DNA of 64,000 nt from Terriglobia bacterium (GTDB lineage: Bacteria; Acidobacteriota; Terriglobia; Bryobacterales; Bryobacteraceae), in NCBI GenBank assembly GCA_963791935.1, contig CAWBUH010000009.1, positions 57,108-121,107 of the forward strand. The letters are read 5' to 3'. Numbering within the stretch: the first letter of the stretch is position 1; each line of letters starts with the position of its first letter. The notes below the pieces were generated by a model. The model was not told where the DNA came from, ran no database searches, and worked only from the letters and a program-made list of their open reading frames with translations. This document shows, piece after piece, positions 1 through 7,321 of the stretch. The translations under genes and the position numbers were made by a program.

Positions 1-1
1 G

Positions 2-232
2 ATATTTCGCCGGAACATGCCGTACGGCACGGTCACCGATCACGGAACGATGTTCGTCGGATTCAGCGCCGAACAGCAGCGGCTCTCGACTATGTTGGAG
101 AGCATGGCCGGCCTGCGCACCGGAGTGCGGGATGCGCTTACGCGCTACACGCAGCCGATTAGTGGTGCCTATTACTTTGTTCCGTCGACCGAGGGCCTGC
201 GCCAATCGAACCAGGCTGAGTCAGCTAATTAG
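2..232 (+). CDS. Dyp-type peroxidase, C-terminal fragment (5' end lies outside the window)
   Basis: The frame is open from the window edge. The translation ...HGTMFVGFSAEQQRLSTMLESMAG...DALTRYTQPISGAYYFVPS matches the conserved C-terminal block of DyP/YfeX-type peroxidases. Confidence 0.6.
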   Translation: MFRRNMPYGTVTDHGTMFVGFSAEQQRLSTMLESMAGLRTGVRDALTRYTQPISGAYYFVPSTEGLRQSNQAESAN

Positions 233-468
233 CCTGATCGTCGCCGGGTTCGCGATGAACTCAACGCATGTAGGGCGTGATGTTGTTCTCGTTGATCCGG
301 AACTCGTCCTCTGTAAACGGCAGTTTGCGCATGCCGCAGAATTCGCGCAGCAGCTTGATGGACCTGCGCATCGATGAGATTGCCTGGAGCACCGCTCATA
401 TCCTTAGCAGTTCGGCGTAGCTGCCACCTCATGCTATCCAGTTTCACCCGCCGATGTCAGGTTCGAAG

Positions 469-3150
469 CTACTCGCTTCGTAGTGCGACCACCGGTTCTA
501 CGCGGAGAGCCCTGCGCGCGGGAATCGCTATCGCCGCCAAGGCCGTCAATGTAAGAACGGCCGATACTCCGAGAAAGGTAAATGGATCGGTCGGCTGTAC
601 CCCAAAGAGCATCTGAACCATTAATCTTGACAGGAGCACGGCGGCTGCTATGCCGGTCAGAATGCCTGCGATTGCCTGTTTCATTCCTTGCGAGATCACC
701 ATTTGCAGAATTTCGCTCCGACCGGCTCCCAGCGACATTCGAATGCCGATCTCGCGGGTTCGCTGTGACACCGCGTAATTCATGACTCCGTAAATGCCAA
801 CCGCCGCTAAGATCATGGCGAGCGCTCCAAACGCTGCTAGCAGCCACATCTCAAAACGCGGCTGCGCGGTGGCGAGCTCAACCGCATCATCCATCGTTTG
901 AATCTGAGATATCGGCAACCCGCGATCGAACGACTGGACAGCCTGACGCACCTGCGGAACGATGCCGGCTAGATCCTGGTGAGTGCGAAGCACTACCGTG
1001 ATGTACATCATGTGCGCGCGTAACAGGCCTGATCCCTCGCCCATAAACTCAGGATTTTGCAGCGCGGGTACGTACACCTCCGGATAAGGAGGCGAAACCA
1101 TATCATCCAATCGAGCATTGGCTGTCACTCCGACAACCGTTAGCCAGCTCGGCTGCTCACCGTCTGCGCCGCTGAGGAATCGGAGTCGTTTGCCGATCGG
1201 ATTTTCGGCCGGCCAAAACCTCTCGGCCGCCCGTTTGTTGATGAGGATCACTGCCGGCGCTTTCAGGCTGTCGTCATATGTGATTGCACGGCCTTTCACT
1301 AGCGGGAGCCGCATCGTTTCGAAGTAGCCGGGCATGACGATCCTATAGACCGCGTTGAGCGCTTCACCGGGCCGCGGTTTGGGACGGCCATCGATCTCCA
1401 AGTTTCGATCCCACAGATCGCCGGCGATAGGTAGATGATTGATGCCGCCGACAGATTCAACCCCTGGCAGTGCCTTCAACTTTGCAAGCATGGCCGGGTA
1501 GAATTCCCCGCGTTGGCCTGCTTCCGCTTCGCTTGTTCCCGCCACAGAGACAACCATCGTCAACACATTATGCGGATTAAATCCTGTCTCCACAGACTGC
1601 AGCGCGTAAAAACTCCGAACCATCAATCCCGCTCCAATTAGCAACGTGAATGCTAAGGCAAACTCGGATGCCACCAGAAAGCCGCGCAGACCGGTTACGG
1701 CGTTTTCCGCTCGAATCCCCTCGTTTCCCCTCTTTCAATGCCTCACTGAGATTGCTCGGCCGACCGCCTGCATCATCGGAGCCAAGCCGAATGCGACAGT
1801 AGCCACGCCAGTAACACAGATCAGGAACACCAGAACAGGCGTATGGATTGCGACCAGTTCTAACCTCGGCACCTCAGCTGGAGCCAACGAAACAAGAGCT
1901 TTCATTCCGGCGAACGCGAAGAGCAAGCCTGTCGCGGCACCGAGGCCGGCCAACAATAAGCTCTCGGTAAGGAACTGAGCCACCAATCGAAGCTTGCTCG
2001 CTCCCAACGCCGCTCGGACGGCAATCTCCGTCTGGCGATCAGTGGTACGCGCGAGCATCAGATGCGCAACATTGGCGCAAGCGATTAAAAGGACAAAGCC
2101 CGCCGCACCAAGCATCATCAGCAACGGCGTTTCCACATTGCCGACAACGTTCTCCTTCAGCGGCCGTACTACTACATTGCGGTTGGAAGCAGGATATTCT
2201 TTCTCCAAACGGCTAGTCACCGTGGCCATGTCAGCCCGGGCCTGAGCTAGAGTCACATTTGGCTTAAGACGCGCAAATACGCGGAGATGGTTGCCACCTC
2301 TCTGATGCATAGTCGTCTCGAGCGTCGCCGGCGCCCATAACTCTGCGTGCGTTGCCCAGAACGGTGCGAATTTGAATCCGGGTGGCATTACGCCGATGAC
2401 GGTATAAGCCTCTCCTTCCAATCTGACCTGTCGCCCCAGTACCTCGCGATCGCCGCTGAAGCGCCGTTGCCATAACGGATAACTCAAGACGACCTCGTGG
2501 TTTGACCCTTCGCGATCTTCTCCCTTGCCGAACAAGCGACCTAGTAGTGGTTCAACGCCCAGCATCGGCAACAAGTTTTGCGTGACTTTCAATCCCAATA
2601 GATGCTCCGCGGGCCGGGTATCGGAACGATCATGACTGCTGATATTCGGACTCCAGTAATCGGCCGCGCCCATCGCCTCAAACGCGTGACTCTGGTCGCG
2701 CCAATCCACGTAATTAGCTGTGGCAACAGGCCCGGTTCCGTTATGCAATATGGTGACCAGGCGATCTGCGTCCCGATACGTTAGAGGCTGCAAAACCACC
2801 GCATTTACCACACCGAAAATCGCGGTATTCGCCCCGATTCCCAGAGCGAGAGCAATCGTCGCAACAGCAGTGAACCCCGGAGTTTTGAGAAGACTTCGCC
2901 AGCCGTACCCGACATCCTTGCAGAAGTTCTCGATCCACAGGTAGGAGCGTATTTCGCGGTGCAGTTCCTTTACGGACTCCACGTTCCCATAGCTACGCCT
3001 AGCCGCCAGTTTCGCCTCGTCTGGTGAGAGCCCGGCCTTCTCGAAGTCATCTTGCAGAATCCGTAGATGCGATTCGATCTCGCGCCGCAATTCGTCTTCA
3101 GCATGTCTTACCCGGAAGAGGCTGATTACTCGTGTGAAGAATCGGCGCAT
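469..3150 (-). pseudogene. ADOP-family (MacB-like periplasmic core + FtsX) ABC-type permease, interrupted by one in-frame TGA
   Basis: ORFs 1735..3150 and 469..1674 are in the same minus-strand phase. They are separated only by a TGA (revcomp of tca at 1735-1737) and 20 open codons. The N-terminus has the typical ADOP leader (...GYGWRSLLKTPGFTAVATIALALGIGANTAIF). Each half ends in an FtsX-type TM bundle. Read-through would give about 893 codons. Confidence 0.8.
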
Positions 3151-3153
3151 CGA

Positions 3154-3501
3154 TCAAGCTCCTTCAGACAACAATCTCTCGACCAATCCGGCCATCTGTC
3201 GCCAGCGCAACGCCTCCTGCTTAAGGGTCTTTTCGCCCTCTTTGGTGAGCGAGTAAAACTTAGCGTCGCGATTACTCTCGGTCTTGCCCCAAGCGCCTTT
3301 GATTTTGCCCTGCTGTTCCAGGCGAATCAATGCGGGGTAGAGAGTTCCTTGGTTCAGGCATAACAGATCTTCAGAGACCTGCTGTAAACGTGTAGTAATC
3401 GCGTAAGAGTGCTGCGAGCCCATCGTCTGAAGCGTCCTCAGAACGATAAGGTCGAGCGTACCCTGTAGAAGCGCAATGCGGTCGGCTTTTTCACTTGACA
3501 T
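3154..3501 (-). CDS. PadR family transcriptional regulator
   Basis: The 115-aa protein has the winged-helix signature LQGTLDLIVLRTL...HSYAI...QGTLYPALIRLEQQGKIKGAWG...KFYSLTKEG. It ends 3 nt upstream of the ADOP permease start, the usual PadR-ADOP pairing. Confidence 0.9.
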   Translation of the reverse strand: MSSEKADRIALLQGTLDLIVLRTLQTMGSQHSYAITTRLQQVSEDLLCLNQGTLYPALIRLEQQGKIKGAWGKTESNRDAKFYSLTKEGEKTLKQEALRWRQMAGLVERLLSEGA

Positions 3502-3553
3502 CCTAGTGCACCCGCTTTGAACAATACGTCACAGCCCACTAGGCTGTCAAGTG
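3492..3553 (-). promoter_or_regulatory. Candidate padR promoter/operator: -35/-10-like hexamers plus nested inverted repeats
   Basis: The minus strand reads TTGACA-(18 nt)-TATTGT upstream of the padR ATG (3501..3499). A perfect 9-bp inverted repeat, cacttgaca (3492-3500) / tgtcaagtg (3545-3553), brackets it. An inner palindrome acagcc-cacta-ggctgt lies at 3531-3547. Confidence 0.3.
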
Positions 3554-3567
3554 GGGGGGCGAAATCG

Positions 3568-4434
3568 CTATAAAGCCAGTGTTCTGGCGAGAGACATGGA
3601 CTCCTCGTTCCACTGTTCTCGTGGCTCAGCCGCCGCCCGGGCAAACGTCCAGAGCTTAACGCGTTCTCGATCCACTCCCAGAAGATCCGCCACACGACAG
3701 ATAGTTCCACTTGGGTCCGAGCGCAGTCTTGACTCACAATTGAATAGATGCTGCGTTGCATCATAAGCCGGATCGCCTACAAACGGCTTGGGGTCGATAA
3801 CCAGCCAAGGCTCTCGTTCCGCTCGCAAGACATTACCGGCGTGCAGATCGGTCGCGAGCAGTACATCCTCACAGGTCCCAGCTCGAGGTAGATCTCGGAA
3901 GAGTTGCAGACCGGCGCGAACCAGACCGTCATCTGGCCAGTGTTCTACATCGGCTAGAGTCTCCTCACTCCAATACCCTGTTAAGACAGACAAATGCCGA
4001 AACGGGTGAGAGTCGGGTGGCAAACGCCAGAGGCGACGCAGAAGCGTTGCGATGACCACATCCTGTTTGCAGTCCGGCAATGCGCGTAAGGACGTTCCTG
4101 GCTCACAACGCTCCAGAAGCATGGCTCCGAGTTCATCGTCTGCTTTGAGAAGCCGCACGGTTGGATCCCCGTCCCAGAAGCGCAACCCTTGAATCTCATG
4201 TTCCGCTTCCATGTGCGGCATCCCGAGCTTAAATACTCCACGCGTGCCGTTTGCGAGCGTAACGGGTGCTACCCAGGCACAGCTCGCGTCTTTGTTGATG
4301 AATGGGGCACCGAACGCCAACGACCATCGGCGCTCGAGGTCTCGAACGATACCGGGTACTTCGCTGAGCCAAGCAGCGCGCTCGGGGGTTTGGCGGCAGA
4401 TTGCCGCAAGCTGCGGAGGGACCTCAAATGCCAC
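3568..4434 (-). CDS. Aminoglycoside phosphotransferase family protein, APH(6)/streptomycin-6-kinase-like
   Basis: GTG start. The motifs LLATDLHAGNVL and WLVIDPKPFVGDPAYD parallel the LHGDLHHENI and WLVIDPxGLVGE blocks of StrA/StrB-type kinases. Confidence 0.65.
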   Translation of the reverse strand: MAFEVPPQLAAICRQTPERAAWLSEVPGIVRDLERRWSLAFGAPFINKDASCAWVAPVTLANGTRGVFKLGMPHMEAEHEIQGLRFWDGDPTVRLLKADDELGAMLLERCEPGTSLRALPDCKQDVVIATLLRRLWRLPPDSHPFRHLSVLTGYWSEETLADVEHWPDDGLVRAGLQLFRDLPRAGTCEDVLLATDLHAGNVLRAEREPWLVIDPKPFVGDPAYDATQHLFNCESRLRSDPSGTICRVADLLGVDRERVKLWTFARAAAEPREQWNEESMSLARTLAL

Positions 4435-4436
4435 CG

Positions 4437-5381
4437 TTATGTTCTTCCTAAAACGGCTTCGTCGCCCCCGGCGTGATCTGTGCCAGATCCGGATGACCGT
4501 GCAAGAGGAAGGTTCGGATGCGTACCCCGGCTCAGTGCCTGCGCCAATAGCAGCAATGCCCCGCCAAACAGGAGCGTATCTGCGATATAGTTGACCGCCT
4601 CATTGATTTCCGATCCCTGTTTGGCAACAGCCAGCAAAGGTGAGTAAACAACGATGGTTAGCACTACCATCAGCAAGCCCACTACAGCCGCACCTAAATT
4701 TGCTCTCTTGGTTCCAAGAATGACCGCACTCCCCGCCAGCAGGACGGCACCAACTGAGTAGCCCCACAAAGATGGCGCGAGAAGCCAAGGAGGAGCTGCC
4801 TTTTGGAGGGGAACTCCCGGTGCAAAGGTGGGGTGCAGGAAGTGCTCAAACGCGAAAAACAAAAGCGTGATCCCGATGCCAAAGCGCGCCAAAGCAACCA
4901 TCCGATCGGAGCGCTCGCCGTTCCAGGAGCGGCTATAAGCGTAGGCCCACGCGGCAAGCCCGAAAGAGAGATCGCGCAGCATAACAGTCCACGCAAAGCG
5001 GTCCCGCGGATGTGCCACTGTATTGGGTAGGTGAATGAGAACGACGAACAGCAGGATCATCACCCCCAGAAGCCTTCCCGACAGACGCACGTACCGGCCG
5101 AATGTGAAGCTTACGGCGCCGGCAATTAAGGCAAGGCCAACGAAGTAGGCCCAGAAGAGTCTACCCGGCATCCAGGCGGGAATCATCTGCATCACAAAAC
5201 GGGCGCCCACCAGATGCTCCGCACCGAAGACGGCCAGAGGAGAGGCGAAGAAAATCGGACCCAGGCTGACGAGTCTGTCGATACCGGCCGCCCTCGCGAT
5301 ATCTCTTCGTATGGCAAACAAACCGGCAACAAGAAAGAGGAGGCCCGTAAACCAAGGCCAGAATAGAAATCCAGTAAACAT
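4437..5381 (-). CDS. Polytopic inner-membrane protein, internally duplicated, possibly DoxX-like (function unknown)
   Basis: The 314-aa protein has at least 8 hydrophobic segments and two similar halves (..FGAEHL.. and ..FAFEHFLHP..). Its stop is 2 nt from the next gene's start. Confidence 0.55.
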   Translation of the reverse strand: MFTGFLFWPWFTGLLFLVAGLFAIRRDIARAAGIDRLVSLGPIFFASPLAVFGAEHLVGARFVMQMIPAWMPGRLFWAYFVGLALIAGAVSFTFGRYVRLSGRLLGVMILLFVVLIHLPNTVAHPRDRFAWTVMLRDLSFGLAAWAYAYSRSWNGERSDRMVALARFGIGITLLFFAFEHFLHPTFAPGVPLQKAAPPWLLAPSLWGYSVGAVLLAGSAVILGTKRANLGAAVVGLLMVVLTIVVYSPLLAVAKQGSEINEAVNYIADTLLFGGALLLLAQALSRGTHPNLPLARSSGSGTDHAGGDEAVLGRT

Positions 5382-5424
5382 GCAATCGCCTTTCGTCTAG
5401 CGTCTGATAAGCCAATCCGGATAG

Positions 5425-7098
5425 TTAACCATGAGCTGTAAGTGCCTCCTTGTGGAGCATCAGGTAGCGGTGGACGTCTGAGATGACGACGGAACCTTCG
5501 CCCACAGCAGAAGCCACTCGCTTGACGGAGGCGGATCTCACATCGCCCACGGCGAAAATGCCGGCAGTGCTGGTCGCATACGGAGTGCCATCGAACCCTT
5601 GCGGGCCGCCCGTAATCACAAAGCCCTTCTCATCCAAAGCAACAATACCTTTGAGCCACGACGTGTTAGGTTGCGCGCCGATCATCACGAATAGGTCCTG
5701 GATGGCCTTAGTTGTCTCTGATCCGTCCCGTCGATTCATCCACGTTACATGTTCCAGATGGGTTCTGCCTTCCAGCGAGACGATCTCGGTCTCGGTCAGG
5801 ATTGTGATGTGCCTTGATTCTTCTATTCGAGAGAGAAGATATTGCGACATGGTGGCTGCCAGTGATTTGCCGCGAACCATGATATAGACGTGGGCGGCGG
5901 TTTGCGCGAGAAAGAGAGCAGCTTGTCCGGCGGAGTTGCCACCCCCGACGACAACGACTTCTTTGTCGTGACAGTAAGCCGTCTCCATGCCGGTGGCTGC
6001 GTAATAGATCCCCTGATTTTCGAATTTGTCAAAGTTCTCGAGCGGCAGTTTGCGGTATTGCGCGCCGGTGGCGATAACAACCGCTCGCGAGCACAAAGAG
6101 ATGTCCTCTTCAAGCGTGATCCTGTGAGCATCTTGATCGAATTCAAGGGTAAGGGCTTCGCGGGAAACGGCAAACCGCACGCCGAACTTCAAGGCTTGCA
6201 CAAAGGCACGGTTCGCGAGTCTTTGACCCGAGATGCCAGTCGGAAAGCCAAGATAATTTTCTATTTTTGAACTTGTTCCCGCCTGTCCTCCCGGTGCAAT
6301 CCCTTCGATGACGACGGTAGACAGACCCTCTGAAGAAGCATAGACGGCGGCGGCGAGACCGGCAGGACCTGCCCCGACCACAGCCACGTCATAGACGGTG
6401 CTCTTGTCCGGCAACTCAGAAATACCGAGCTCGTCAGCAAGTTGAGAAACCTTGGGACGATGGAGCGATCGACCGTCGCTGAAGACCACCGCGGGCCAGG
6501 TGTCCGCTTCTCGCAAACTCAGTGGCGAGGAGCTTTCGTAGGTTTCAACGGAGGCCACATGATGGGGATAGCCATTACGCCTGAGAAAGCGCTGGAGCTT
6601 GAGCGTTTCGGCCTCGCCCTCATGGCCTACCAGTGTCACGCCGACTTTAGCCTGGGAAGCCAGACCAATGCGGCGCCAGATGAATGCCTGCAGAATCAAG
6701 TTTGCGATCTCGCCTTCGGCCCGCATCAGACGTTTTAGATTGCCGCGGGTCACACGGAGCAAAACGCTCGGAAGAGTTGTGCGAGCGCTGACAAGCGTTG
6801 GCTGATCGTTCAGCATGTTCAACTCGCCCGTGAACTGATGAGGCCCGAGATCTCTCACCGTTTCGTTCGTATTGTGCTCGTCGCCTGTGTAGACGGTGAC
6901 GTTGCCTTCGAGGATTACAAACAAGTCGGTATCGCGTTCGCCGCGCGCGAAAAGCGTTGTACCTGCGGGCTCAGTAAAACCGGACGCGTAGGCGCCGATC
7001 GTTTCGATCATGGCATCAGTCAAGGGCGGGAAGGCCATTTCGGGTCGGAAAGCCGGAAAGTCAAGTTGAGCCGAGGGGTCGGTGAATGCGGTCGCCAT
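5425..7098 (-). CDS. Cyclic-nucleotide-binding domain fused to a thioredoxin-reductase-like FAD/NAD(P) oxidoreductase
   Basis: The N-terminus has a cNMP-binding beta-roll (..LFARGERDTDLFVILEGNVTVY..FTGELNML..). The C-terminal half has YDVAVVGAGPAGLAAAVYASSEG, a second Rossmann motif VVVVGGGNSAGQAALFL, and GIFAVGDVR. Confidence 0.85.
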   Translation of the reverse strand: MATAFTDPSAQLDFPAFRPEMAFPPLTDAMIETIGAYASGFTEPAGTTLFARGERDTDLFVILEGNVTVYTGDEHNTNETVRDLGPHQFTGELNMLNDQPTLVSARTTLPSVLLRVTRGNLKRLMRAEGEIANLILQAFIWRRIGLASQAKVGVTLVGHEGEAETLKLQRFLRRNGYPHHVASVETYESSSPLSLREADTWPAVVFSDGRSLHRPKVSQLADELGISELPDKSTVYDVAVVGAGPAGLAAAVYASSEGLSTVVIEGIAPGGQAGTSSKIENYLGFPTGISGQRLANRAFVQALKFGVRFAVSREALTLEFDQDAHRITLEEDISLCSRAVVIATGAQYRKLPLENFDKFENQGIYYAATGMETAYCHDKEVVVVGGGNSAGQAALFLAQTAAHVYIMVRGKSLAATMSQYLLSRIEESRHITILTETEIVSLEGRTHLEHVTWMNRRDGSETTKAIQDLFVMIGAQPNTSWLKGIVALDEKGFVITGGPQGFDGTPYATSTAGIFAVGDVRSASVKRVASAVGEGSVVISDVHRYLMLHKEALTAHG

Positions 7099-7321
7099 GT
7101 CCTATTGTGAGGGTTTGGCCTCAGGCATAGACTTCAGATCCGGAATGCCGCTGGAAATGCCTGGTCTTCCTTGTGCCGATGCTTTTGAATTTTGATCTGG
7201 CTGTCCCAGAAGAGCCACGATTCTTCCCGTAACTGGACAATAGATTCCCCCCATACCCGGCAAACCGCAGCAAAGGTTGAGCTGATCGAGGTGGTTAAGA
7301 AGGCGACCCGAGTGCTGAAGA

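Noticed and set aside
1735-1737. The in-frame TGA in the ADOP gene could be selenocysteine or a reassigned codon.
   Set aside because: TGA terminates other well-supported genes in the window (for example the ArsR gene at 51777 and the aminotransferase at 56141). I saw no SECIS-like hairpin directly downstream. A nonsense mutation is the simpler reading.
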